Origin: Candidatus Micrarchaeota archaeon
GTDB taxonomy: Archaea; Micrarchaeota; Micrarchaeia; Anstonellales; Bilamarchaeaceae
NCBI GenBank assembly: GCA_041694885.1
Contig: JBGFRX010000010.1
Location: 1 to 15,698, forward strand
Length of the DNA: 15,698 nt
Direction: 5' to 3'
Under the pieces are notes generated by a model. That model searched no databases and was not told where the DNA came from. It was given only the letters and a program-made list of their open reading frames with translations. Within the stretch, counting starts at the first letter, position 1. The number at the start of each line of letters is the position of its first letter. A program made the position numbers and the translations under genes. Positions 1 through 8,333 of this stretch are shown here, in pieces.

Positions 1-35
1 ACCTTGGGGTTCACCCTTTTCCTTGGGTTTCCCAT
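1..35 (-). CDS. 5' end of a probable gene running off the left edge (MGNPRKRVNPKV...), divergent from tfb; product unknown
   Basis: ATG at 35 on the minus strand, open to the window edge. BRE/TATA-like CGATAAG-TTTATG has the TATA starting at 64, 29 nt upstream, the same spacing as other genes here. Confidence 0.4.
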   Translation of the reverse strand, partial: MGNPRKRVNPK

Positions 36-128
36 GCTAGGATAATGCAGAATACACGCATAAACTTATCGTCGGTCCGGGTTCGCAAAAACAGACGTGT
101 TTCGAATTATTGGATGAAGCCGTGATTA

Positions 129-147
129 CCGAAAAGTATATATAACC
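129..147 (+). promoter_or_regulatory. Archaeal BRE+TATA promoter upstream of tfb
   Basis: CCGAAAAG-TATATATAA matches the BRE/TATA consensus. A second candidate, GAAATG-TTTAAAAA, lies at 176-189. Confidence 0.6.
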
Positions 148-260
148 CCTGAACAATAAATCTTTCTGAAATATGGAAATGTTTAAAAATCTTATTCTGA
201 CGCTCCGAGGTAAAGCATTTACGTGAAGTGCCTCAGGCGTCCGGTTGGAAGGTGGGCAAA

Positions 261-1169
261 ATGGTGGAAAAGAAATGTTCAGAATGCGGGAGCAAAAAAC
301 TCATACGCGATTATGAGAAGGGTGAGATAATCTGCGCGAGCTGTGGCCTCATAATCAGCGAGAACATGGTGGATTTCGGGCCTGAGTGGAGGGCCTTTGA
401 TGCTGAGCAGAAGGAGAAACGGGCACGCGGAGGCGCTCCTGTGAAGTTCATGAGGCCAAACAAGGGTCTTGTAACAGAGATAGACCAGTACAACAGGGAC
501 ATACGCGGGGTGAAAATATCCCCAAAGAAGCAGGCACAGCTCTACAGAATGAGGAAATGGCACAAGAGGGTGAGCATCGCAACTTCCATGGAAAGGAATC
601 TCGCAATTGCGCTCGCTGAATTGGACAGGATCGCATCTTCCCTAGGGCTTCCTGAGAACATAAAGGAAAGCGCTGCCCTGCTATACAGAAGGGTAGTGAA
701 GGAGGAGCTCATACGCGGCCGGCTTATTGAGAGCGTGGTTTCCGCTGTTATTTACGCGATATGCAGGATGCACGGCATTCCGAGAACTTTAGACGAGATA
801 GCCAAGGCGTCGGGAATAGAGAAGAAGGAGATTGGAAGGGCTTACAGGTTCATAAAAGTTGAATTGGATGTGGATGTTCCACTAACTGACCCGAGCCAAT
901 ACGTGCCGAAATTCGCTGCTGCGCTCAAACTGGGCCCGCCTGTGCAGGAAGAGGCGGTGAAGCTTATTAAGAAGTCGGTGAAGAGAGGGCTTATTTCAGG
1001 AAGAGGGCCCACCGGGGTTGCTGCTGCTGCGCTCTACATTGCGAGCGCGATGCACGGTGAAAAGAGAACGCAGAAGGAGGTCGCGGACGTTGCAGGAGTT
1101 ACTGAAGTTACAATAAGGAACAGGTACCGCGAGCTGAAGAAGGAACTCGGGCTCAAGATAAACCTCTGA
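261..1169 (+). CDS. tfb: Transcription initiation factor IIB (TFB)
   Basis: N-terminal Zn ribbon CSEC...CASC, B-reader GPEWRAF, two cyclin folds (LIRGR, ISGRGPTG), C-terminal HTH RTQKEVADVAGVTEVTIRNRY. ATG 261 follows SD-like AGGTGG and is preferred over GTG 228. Confidence 0.98.
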   Translation: MVEKKCSECGSKKLIRDYEKGEIICASCGLIISENMVDFGPEWRAFDAEQKEKRARGGAPVKFMRPNKGLVTEIDQYNRDIRGVKISPKKQAQLYRMRKWHKRVSIATSMERNLAIALAELDRIASSLGLPENIKESAALLYRRVVKEELIRGRLIESVVSAVIYAICRMHGIPRTLDEIAKASGIEKKEIGRAYRFIKVELDVDVPLTDPSQYVPKFAAALKLGPPVQEEAVKLIKKSVKRGLISGRGPTGVAAAALYIASAMHGEKRTQKEVADVAGVTEVTIRNRYRELKKELGLKINL

Positions 1170-1178
1170 TTTTCGAGC

Positions 1179-1245
1179 ATTAAGAAGTCGGTGAAGAGAG
1201 GGTTTATTTCAGGAAGAGGGCCCACCGGGGTTGCTGCTGCTGCGC
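1179..1245 (+). repeat. 67-bp direct copy of tfb-internal segment 966-1032 (66/67 identical)
   Basis: ATTAAGAAGTCGGTGAAGAGAGGG[C/T]TTATTTCAGGAAGAGGGCCCACCGGGGTTGCTGCTGCTGCGC occurs at 966 and 1179. The only mismatch is C990 vs T1203. Confidence 0.97.
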
Positions 1246-1348
1246 ATAGGCATGTTTATATCATTAACTGACACTTTTTGCGTCCATTCCACTCATCTTT
1301 TTATTCCTTTTCCGCAAAAATAATCATACTAATCGTCCAGGTAATTTT

Positions 1349-2542
1349 ATGGTGCGAAAATTCAGCGAATTCAGCATGAGGGGAAAAACGATTTTCAAAA
1401 GGATAGACATCAATTCCCCAGTGGAAGATGGGGCTGTGCAGATGAACCTGCGCATCCGCGCCCACGCGAAGAGCATAGCCGAATTGAGAGATGCGGGAGC
1501 CAAAGTAGTTCTTCTTGCGCACCAGGGCAGGTCAGGCGAGCCAGATTTCATGCCTCTCGAGCAGCACGCGAAATTATTGGAAAAGGAACTTGGAACCCCA
1601 GTTTATTACGTTGACGATGTGGTTGGGGAAAAGGCGCAGAAGGCGATTGCACAATTGAGAAGCGGGGAAGTACTTCTCCTGAACAATGTGCGCATGCTGG
1701 GCGACGAAACCAGGAAAACCCAGGATGCAGAACTTGTAAAGGCGCTCGCCCCTCTCGGCCATTATTTCATTCTGGACGCGCTTTCTGTTTCGCATCGGGA
1801 GCACGCAAGCGTGGTGGGATTCGCAAAGCACCTCCCGAGCAGCGCGGGAAAAGTGCTCCGCGAGGAAGTGGAAGCGCTGAAAAAAATGAACGGAGCGGAA
1901 AACATAACTTTCATCTTCGGCGGCGCGAAAGTCGAGGACTCATTCCAGCTAATGAAAAGATGGCTCGCAACTGACAGGGTGAAAAAAATCCTTCTGGGCG
2001 GACTTCTCGGAGCGCTATTCCTCCACGCAAAGGGCTGCAAAATCGGAAAGACGCTCGATTTCCTTGTGAAAAGCGGGCTCGCGAACCACGCGAACGAAGC
2101 CCGACTCATGGTGGAGAAATACCCGGACAAGATCGAAGTGCCTGTGGACGTAGGACTAAAGATTGATGGAAAGAGAGTGGACTACAACGTGGACGAGATA
2201 GAGGAAGGGGAGATTTACGACATAAGCGAAAAGACCCTCTTGCGCTACAAGGAGATCATATTTGATTCGGACTTCATATTCATGAATGGCCCGATGGGCG
2301 TTTACGAAAACAAGGAGTTCGAGTGGGGAACAAAACACATTTTGGAAGCGGTTTCGCGCTCAGAGGCATTCTCGATTTTGGGCGGCGGGCACACCATAAC
2401 CGCAATTGAGAAATTCGGAATTCCAAAAGACAAATTTGGCTACATTTCGTTTTCAGGGAAAGCGCTCATCGAGTATTTAAGCGGAAAGGAACTTCCCGGG
2501 CTCAAGGCCCTGGCGGACAATTTGGGGAAATTCCCGGTGTGA
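1349..2542 (+). CDS. pgk: Phosphoglycerate kinase (archaeal type)
   Basis: Motifs RIDINSP, LAHQGR, SHR, GGAKV, NGPMGVYE, GGGHT, LSGKELPG; 397 aa. Confidence 0.96.
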   Translation: MVRKFSEFSMRGKTIFKRIDINSPVEDGAVQMNLRIRAHAKSIAELRDAGAKVVLLAHQGRSGEPDFMPLEQHAKLLEKELGTPVYYVDDVVGEKAQKAIAQLRSGEVLLLNNVRMLGDETRKTQDAELVKALAPLGHYFILDALSVSHREHASVVGFAKHLPSSAGKVLREEVEALKKMNGAENITFIFGGAKVEDSFQLMKRWLATDRVKKILLGGLLGALFLHAKGCKIGKTLDFLVKSGLANHANEARLMVEKYPDKIEVPVDVGLKIDGKRVDYNVDEIEEGEIYDISEKTLLRYKEIIFDSDFIFMNGPMGVYENKEFEWGTKHILEAVSRSEAFSILGGGHTITAIEKFGIPKDKFGYISFSGKALIEYLSGKELPGLKALADNLGKFPV

Positions 2543-2544
2543 AG

Positions 2545-2561
2545 GCGAAAATCTTTATAAA
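2545..2561 (+). promoter_or_regulatory. BRE+TATA promoter of the ABC transporter operon
   Basis: GCGAAAATC-TTTATAAA with the TATA starting 31 nt before ATG 2585. Confidence 0.6.
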
Positions 2562-2584
2562 TTTTCCCAAAGTTGTTTCATCTC

Positions 2585-4201
2585 ATGCGACGACTGCATT
2601 TTGCAGTTTTATCCTCATTATTCGTAATTGCGTTATTTTTTCTTATGGGCAGCGATGCCTTTAACCTGATTTACTACACGTTCAGGAGCGGCCTCAGGAT
2701 GCTTGGCGCGTACATTCTCTCGATAATCTTTTCATTTACAGTAGGAGTGCTGATAATACACAACAAAAGGGCACACGCGTTCCTTTTCCCAATATTGGAC
2801 ATTCTCCAGGCGATACCTATACTGGGCTTTTTCCCCTTTGCCCTTCTTTTCTTCGTTTACATTTTCCCGGGCGGGTTGATAGGAGAAGAGCTGTCCTCGA
2901 TTTTCCTGATATTCACCGCGATGACCTGGGCCATCGTCTTTGCCGTGATAGAGAGCGCCGCATCATTCACGCACGAGATGCGCGACCTCGCGAAGATGAT
3001 GAACCTGAAGGGGATGAAATATCTCACACACGTAGTGCTTCCACTTTCCTTTCCCTCTTTCGTTTCCGGCTCGATAACCGGCTGGGGCGGCGGCTGGTAC
3101 TTCCTCGTGGCGAGCGAATACCTCGCACTGGGCAATGAACGCATATCCCTCCCAGGACTGGGCGCGTTCATAGCGCACTCCGCATTTTCCTATAATTTCC
3201 TCTATTCCCTAATGGGACTGGCGATGCTTGCATTGGTGGTTTTCGGCATGAATCTCTACGTGTGGCAGCCGCTCCTGCGCATGGCTAAGGGCTACGCTTC
3301 CGAATCCCAGCTCGAGAAGGAGGAAACTAGCGCGTTCCTGGTAAATATTTTCGAAAAAGGATATGGGGAATTCTGCTCGCTCGCCGAAAAGGTCCAGAAC
3401 TTTTCAGAAAAGGCATTTGCGTTTTTTTCCATAACCCCTGAAAGTTCTATAAAGAACGAAAAGGGAGCGGAATTCGTATCCTATGCCCTCATTGCATTGG
3501 TCGGAGCCCTTTTCCTCTATTTCCTTTTCTTCAAGGTCTCTTATCTTATGGACAACGCAGAGATAATATTCCACATAGGGCACTCTCTCCTGCGCCTCTC
3601 CATAGCGTTCGTTATCGCCCTCCTCTGGACCTCTGCAATAGCGCTCTTCCTTGCGAAAAACAGGGGAGCGATGCGCACACTCATGCCCCTGTTCGACTTG
3701 GGGCAGTCCATCCCTGCAGTTTCCCTTTTCCCCATAATGGTGATAGTGATAGTGCAGACGATAGGCGGCCGCCTTGGCCTTGAAATCGCATCAGTGCTCC
3801 TGGTACTCACAGGTATGCAGTGGTACCTTCTTTTCAACATGATAAGAGCGGTGCAGAGCATCCCGGAGGACGTGCTCGATCTTTCGCGCCTCCTCCGCCT
3901 CGAGACGGTCGCGAAATTGAAGCATGTGATGGTGCCCACAATCCTTCCAGCAGTATTCGTGGGCGGGCTCGAGGCAATGAGCGGCGGCTGGAACGCCTCG
4001 ATAATAAGCGAATACATAATGGGGCCCGAAGGCAAACCGTTCGAAATGCCAGGTTTAGGGTATCTCCTCTCCGCTTCCGCTGCCTCGGGAAATATGGACG
4101 GAATAATAGTCGCGATTCTGGGCATAGCCTTCATAATACTCGTGACCAACCGCATGATATGGAAGCCGTTAATAAGAGGAAGCGATAAATACAGATTCTA
4201 A
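2585..4201 (+). CDS. NitT/TauT-family ABC transporter permease with two fused BPD_transp_1 domains
   Basis: Two hydrophobic halves with paralogous motifs (DILQAIPILGFFP / DLGQSIPAVSLFP; GWGGGWYFLVASE / AMSGGWNASIISE; LPGLG / MPGLG). ATG 2585 fits the promoter spacing. Confidence 0.9.
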   Translation: MRRLHFAVLSSLFVIALFFLMGSDAFNLIYYTFRSGLRMLGAYILSIIFSFTVGVLIIHNKRAHAFLFPILDILQAIPILGFFPFALLFFVYIFPGGLIGEELSSIFLIFTAMTWAIVFAVIESAASFTHEMRDLAKMMNLKGMKYLTHVVLPLSFPSFVSGSITGWGGGWYFLVASEYLALGNERISLPGLGAFIAHSAFSYNFLYSLMGLAMLALVVFGMNLYVWQPLLRMAKGYASESQLEKEETSAFLVNIFEKGYGEFCSLAEKVQNFSEKAFAFFSITPESSIKNEKGAEFVSYALIALVGALFLYFLFFKVSYLMDNAEIIFHIGHSLLRLSIAFVIALLWTSAIALFLAKNRGAMRTLMPLFDLGQSIPAVSLFPIMVIVIVQTIGGRLGLEIASVLLVLTGMQWYLLFNMIRAVQSIPEDVLDLSRLLRLETVAKLKHVMVPTILPAVFVGGLEAMSGGWNASIISEYIMGPEGKPFEMPGLGYLLSASAASGNMDGIIVAILGIAFIILVTNRMIWKPLIRGSDKYRF

Positions 4202-4216
4202 GGAAAAGGCAAGAGC

Positions 4217-4960
4217 ATGGTTGAACTGCGTCTAAAAGGCGTTTCGAAAAAATACGAGGTAGAAGGAAAGGAGATTCCGGCGCTCGATGACGTTTCGCTT
4301 AGGATAACCAAAAGGGAGTCGGTTGCGATAGTGGGCCCTTCGGGCTGCGGAAAAACGACGTTGGTGCGCATAATCGCAGGGCTCGAAAGGCCGAGCAGCG
4401 GCGAGGTCTATTTTCAGGGAAAACCCCTTGCAGGCCCTGATCCCCATATAATGATGGTGTTCCAGGGATTCGCGCTCCTTCCATGGAAAACAGTGCTCGA
4501 AAACATCGAGCTCGCGCTTTTGGACAGGCCTGAAGAGAAGAGAAAGGAGCTTGCGCTCAAGTACATAAACATCGTGGGTCTTCAGGGATTTGAGGACAAT
4601 TATCCAAGGGATTTGAGCAGCGGCATGAAGCAAAGAGTTGGAATCGCGAGAGCTCTTTCCAGGGAGCCGGAAATCCTTGTTTTGGACGAGCCGTTCGGAT
4701 CGCTCGATCCGCTTACTGCACGGAACCTCCAGAGCGAAATCCTGCGCTATTACCAGAGCAAGCGCCTGAAGCCCGATGTGCTTTTGCTCATTACACATAA
4801 TGTCCAGGAAGCGGTGTACATGGCAGACAGGGTAGTGGTGCTGAGCCAGCGGCCCGGCTACGTGAAGGCGGACATGAAGATAGAGCTCGAAAAACCGAAA
4901 AACATACGGGACAGGAGATTTCAGGACTACGTGGACGAGATAACTTCGCTCATTACCTGA
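4217..4960 (+). CDS. NitT/TauT-family ABC transporter ATP-binding subunit
   Basis: Walker A GPSGCGKT, MVFQGFALLPW, signature LSSGMKQR, Walker B VLDEPF, H-loop ITHN. Confidence 0.95.
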   Translation: MVELRLKGVSKKYEVEGKEIPALDDVSLRITKRESVAIVGPSGCGKTTLVRIIAGLERPSSGEVYFQGKPLAGPDPHIMMVFQGFALLPWKTVLENIELALLDRPEEKRKELALKYINIVGLQGFEDNYPRDLSSGMKQRVGIARALSREPEILVLDEPFGSLDPLTARNLQSEILRYYQSKRLKPDVLLLITHNVQEAVYMADRVVVLSQRPGYVKADMKIELEKPKNIRDRRFQDYVDEITSLIT

Positions 4961-4999
4961 TTAGGTCGCAATAATATAGCTGTTCAGCCATCCTTTTGA

Positions 5000-5494
5000 T
5001 TACTTTGCAAGGTGCATGGAAAGAAGGCGGAAAGTCCTCGTTCCACTGTCGTATTCGAAAAGTCCCGCGTAAGTCCCCCAGTTTATGAAAAGTTTGTGGA
5101 ACCTCTCCTTATCCTGTATCGGGTATTTCTCCGCTATCTTCCGGAACATCTCGTCTTCCTTTGCGCTTCCGCTTTTTTTCAGTAGCGCAGCAGCAGTCCT
5201 GAACGGCTCCACTGTTGATATTTTTTTCCTTAATATCCTTTTCTTGTCCTCTATAGTTCCAAGGTTGACCGCTTCACCATAGAGCGTGAGCGTCGCAATG
5301 CCTTCCTTCACCCTGAGCAGGTTGAACATCCCGGCCATGCTCACAACTGCGCCCAACTCGTCTATAGGCATTCGTAGCTCTTCCCCTAAGAAAGAGACCT
5401 TGACCTTTCCCCCGTAAGAATAAATCACTTCCACTAAGCCGAGCACTTTCCCAACTGTCGCATCGGGCATGGGTAGTATCTTGTGCTTCACCAT
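5000..5494 (-). CDS. Stand-alone AAA-associated C-terminal domain protein (AAA_assoc_C-like, winged-helix-like), linked to NitT/TauT ATPases
   Basis: MPDATVGKVLGLVE at the N-terminus and INWGTYAGLFEYD at the C-terminus resemble the domain normally fused to these ATPases. It is adjacent to one. ATG 5494 fits TATA TTTAAATA at 5527-5520 better than ATG 5509 does. Confidence 0.8.
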   Translation of the reverse strand: MVKHKILPMPDATVGKVLGLVEVIYSYGGKVKVSFLGEELRMPIDELGAVVSMAGMFNLLRVKEGIATLTLYGEAVNLGTIEDKKRILRKKISTVEPFRTAAALLKKSGSAKEDEMFRKIAEKYPIQDKERFHKLFINWGTYAGLFEYDSGTRTFRLLSMHLAK

Positions 5495-5659
5495 AAAATC
5501 AATGAGCATTCGGGTAAAATATTTAAATGAGTTGCGAGCGGGAAATCCAGCTTATTTTTTCCTCTATACACGGCTTCAGTTGTCCATCAGAACGATGCGT
5601 CGTTCTTTGGCATGAGGGAGCGCACCCTACGCTATCTTAGATGCGGGTTCCGCAATTTT

Positions 5660-5883
5660 GAGGAAGGGGACAAAAGCAGGATAGGCGCGGCAATTCAGGT
5701 CTGCTACGAGCTTAACGACGACAACATGGAGCGGGAATTCGGCGGGCTCGTGGAAGCGATGGAAAATTCGGCTTGGACGAAGGCTTCATACTCACCAATA
5801 ACCAGGAGGACGTGCTGAAAAAATCCGGAAAAACCGTGCGCGTGAAGCCGGCCTGGAAATGGTCTCTTGCGAGGAAGGGTTAA
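5660..5883 (+). pseudogene. C-terminal remnant of an AAA_14/DUF4143-type ATPase gene with a 1-bp frameshift
   Basis: AIQVCYELNDDNMEREFGGLVEAME continues after a shift in the A-run at 5763-5766 as FGLDEGFILTNNQEDVLKKSGKTVRVKPAWKW to TAA 5883, the typical tail of this family. Most of the gene is missing. Confidence 0.75.
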
Positions 5884-5933
5884 GACCCGCTTTCTTCGGT
5901 ACTGCCTAGCTGGGACATATCCTTTGCGCTTGC

Positions 5934-8234
5934 CTATGTGATTTTTCGTTTGCTTTCTTTTTTCGTCCCTGGTTTTCTGGCTTTGGCTTTTTTCGCTTTC
6001 GGCTTTTCTTCCTTTCCCGCGCCCTTCCTTTCAATCGCTTCATTTTTCGCCTCTATCTTTTCCACTGATGCCTTCTTCCCCCAGTTCGCTTTCGAGGGGC
6101 AGTTCTTACCTATGCACATTTCAAAACGAGAGCCCCTTCCGCGCAGCACGAGCACTATCGGCATCTTATCGTATTGGCACGCCTTTCCGGTGGGCTTTAT
6201 GAAACCAAAGCGCGGAAGAGGGAACGAATTCCTGCAATCAGGGTAATTGGAGCAGCCGATGAAGTTGCTTTCTTTGAAATTTATTATCTTCAGGTTGCCT
6301 ATTCCGCAAAGGTTGCACTTGCCAACTACCTTTTCCTTCAATTCCGTTTCCTCGAGCGCCGCCTTCAGTTCCTTCCCGATATTCACTTCTTTCAATTTGA
6401 ATTCGTTCAGGATTTCAACGAGCGCGTCTTTTCCTTCCTGCACTACTGCTTCCTTGGTCATTTCACCTGTCTGGATTTTCTCCACATCATTCTCGATTTT
6501 GCGCGTGAGCGCCTCGTCCAAAATGCGCGCTGCGTTCTTCTTCAAAGCACGATAAACAGCCATTCCGAAATCAGTTACTTCTATGCTTTTTCCCTTAAGA
6601 TAGTCGCGGCTGAAAAGAGTATCGACTATTACCGAACGCGTTGCTTTAGTGCCCAAGTGCCTGCTTTCGAGTTCGGAGATGAGGGAAGCGGCAGTGTACC
6701 TCTTGGGCGGCTTGGTCTCCTTTTTCTCCTCTTTTTTCCCGGTTATCTGGACTGTTTCGCCTTTTGCGAATTCTGGGATCAGTTTGTCCTCAGTAGTGTA
6801 ATAGTCGCCGTAGAATTTTGTCCACCCTGGCTCTGTGAGGCGCGCGCCGTTCGCGAGCAGTTTCTCTCCATTGCTGCTCAGTATTACTTTAGTCAGTTCC
6901 TTCTTCCCGAACGGGGCGAACAGGGAAAGGAAGCGGCGCACTATGAGGTCATAGAGCTTTCTCTTTTTTTCATCCATTTTTCCGTGAATGCCTGTTGGGT
7001 GGATTGCGGGGTGCGCAGGGTCTTCCTTCCTGCCCTGGAATGGCCTGAACCATCCATTCTGCATAAGTTCATTCGCTTTTTCCTTGTATTCCTGGATTTC
7101 GGAAATCTTTTTTATTATGTTCTGCAGACCCAGGCCAGAAGGAAGTTTCTGCGAGCTCGTGCGCGGATAGGAGATGCAGGAATTTTCGTAAAGCAACTGC
7201 GCGATTTCGAGTGTCTGGGAAGGAGAAAATCCAAACAAGCGATAGGCTTCTATCTGCAAAGAGGTAAGATCAAAAGGAGGGTATGGGTAAACGGTTTTCT
7301 CCTCCTTCTGCACGTCATCTATTGCTCCGGTTTTTCCTATTTTTTCGTAAGCTGCCTTTGCAAGCGCTTCGTCCAAGAATCTTTCGTGTTCGTGCCTGAA
7401 CTCCGCACCTTTCGCGTATGCAAAAACCTCCCAGTAAGGCGTGGGCACAAAATTCCTGATTTCGATTTCGCGCTCGGCCAGAATCCCAAGCGTGGGACCC
7501 TGCACCCTTCCTGTGCTCATTATCCTGAACGCCCTGTTCCTCATGAGCGAGGACATGAGGGCGCGCGAGAGATTTATTCCGTAATACCAGTCGAGCATGT
7601 GCCTGGCTTCGCCTGCATACGCGTTCTGGTAGTCCAGTTCCTCTATTTTTTCGTACGCCTCCTTTATCGCATATGGGGTAAGGGTCGAGAATCTCATCCT
7701 TTTCCCATTCCCTTTTCCGTAGCAGAAGCGGAAGACGTTGTAGCCAATCAAACTTCCCTCTATGTCGTAATCAGTCGCGACCACTAATTCGTCCGCCTGC
7801 TTTGAGAGCCGGGTGAGGAGTTCGACGTAAGCGCGCGTGTATCCCGCCCCTTTGCTTCCCTTGTACGCAGGCACCCATTCGATGTCTAAAGTGGGGTAGG
7901 TCCTGGTGCGCTTCCTTTCCACAAGAGTGAATACGTGACCAACTGCAGAGGCAACCATAACCTTTTTCCCGTTCACAGTTGCCTCGTAATAGCCCACCCC
8001 TCCGCTCCTCTTCCTCACGACGTTCGAGCCGATGAACGCGGCTATTTTGCCAGCTACCTTGGGTTTTTCTGCGACTATAAGTTGTGACATTTTTGAGCGA
8101 GTGCTGCTGCTGGCTTGTTGTGGCTGTGTACCCGCTAATGCAGCACCTGAAACAGCACCAGATCCTTCTGCATGCTTGTCCGTATTGTGCAAATGTTTTG
8201 GATTTGGCAGAGGGTCGCTTAAAGGTGTCAGCAT
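5934..8234 (-). CDS. topA: DNA topoisomerase type IA (archaeal TopA/Topo III); conserved core starts at 8090
   Basis: TOPRIM LIVAEKP and ATDYDIEG, STGRVQGPTL, catalytic ISYPRT, AHPAIHPT, LGTKATR, C-terminal Zn ribbons and a Lys-rich tail. The start is either 8234 (promoter-supported) or 8090. Confidence 0.97.
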   Translation of the reverse strand: MLTPLSDPLPNPKHLHNTDKHAEGSGAVSGAALAGTQPQQASSSTRSKMSQLIVAEKPKVAGKIAAFIGSNVVRKRSGGVGYYEATVNGKKVMVASAVGHVFTLVERKRTRTYPTLDIEWVPAYKGSKGAGYTRAYVELLTRLSKQADELVVATDYDIEGSLIGYNVFRFCYGKGNGKRMRFSTLTPYAIKEAYEKIEELDYQNAYAGEARHMLDWYYGINLSRALMSSLMRNRAFRIMSTGRVQGPTLGILAEREIEIRNFVPTPYWEVFAYAKGAEFRHEHERFLDEALAKAAYEKIGKTGAIDDVQKEEKTVYPYPPFDLTSLQIEAYRLFGFSPSQTLEIAQLLYENSCISYPRTSSQKLPSGLGLQNIIKKISEIQEYKEKANELMQNGWFRPFQGRKEDPAHPAIHPTGIHGKMDEKKRKLYDLIVRRFLSLFAPFGKKELTKVILSSNGEKLLANGARLTEPGWTKFYGDYYTTEDKLIPEFAKGETVQITGKKEEKKETKPPKRYTAASLISELESRHLGTKATRSVIVDTLFSRDYLKGKSIEVTDFGMAVYRALKKNAARILDEALTRKIENDVEKIQTGEMTKEAVVQEGKDALVEILNEFKLKEVNIGKELKAALEETELKEKVVGKCNLCGIGNLKIINFKESNFIGCSNYPDCRNSFPLPRFGFIKPTGKACQYDKMPIVLVLRGRGSRFEMCIGKNCPSKANWGKKASVEKIEAKNEAIERKGAGKEEKPKAKKAKARKPGTKKESKRKIT

Positions 8235-8257
8235 AGGTTTAGGTTTTGGGAATTGGG

Positions 8258-8270
8258 TTTAAATTCGTTT
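8258..8270 (-). promoter_or_regulatory. BRE+TATA promoter of topA
   Basis: Minus strand AAACGAA-TTTAAA with the TATA starting at 8263, 29 nt before ATG 8234. Confidence 0.5.
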
Positions 8271-8297
8271 TCTATCCCGGAGTTTGCTTTTCTGACA

Positions 8298-8314
8298 CGA
8301 AAAATTTAAATATA
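8298..8314 (+). promoter_or_regulatory. BRE+TATA promoter divergent from topA
   Basis: CGAAAAA-TTTAAATATA with the TATA at 8305, 29 nt before ATG 8334. Confidence 0.5.
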
Positions 8315-8333
8315 AGTTCTGCATAGAAATTCG

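Noticed and set aside
228..260. GTG 228 start giving an N-terminally extended TFB
   Set aside because: ATG 261 has an SD-like sequence and gives the usual distance to the Zn ribbon. GTG 228 lies within the predicted leader stem.
1167..1169. tfb TGA as a selenocysteine or programmed read-through codon
   Set aside because: TFB already ends at its normal C-terminus and no SECIS-like element is recognisable. The open frame beyond is explained by the duplication.
966..1245. tfb repeat pair as a diversity-generating retroelement TR/VR pair
   Set aside because: The single mismatch is C/T on the coding strand rather than multiple adenine-specific changes, and no reverse transcriptase is in the window.
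5934..6080. Lys-rich low-complexity tail of TopA as a novelty
   Set aside because: Basic C-terminal tails are common in type IA topoisomerases.
6174..7787. 537-aa ORF antisense to topA
   Set aside because: It is codon-aligned with topA (offset 240), the frame that stays open when TTA/CTA/TCA codons are rare. The product is Phe-rich with no motifs, so it is a shadow ORF.
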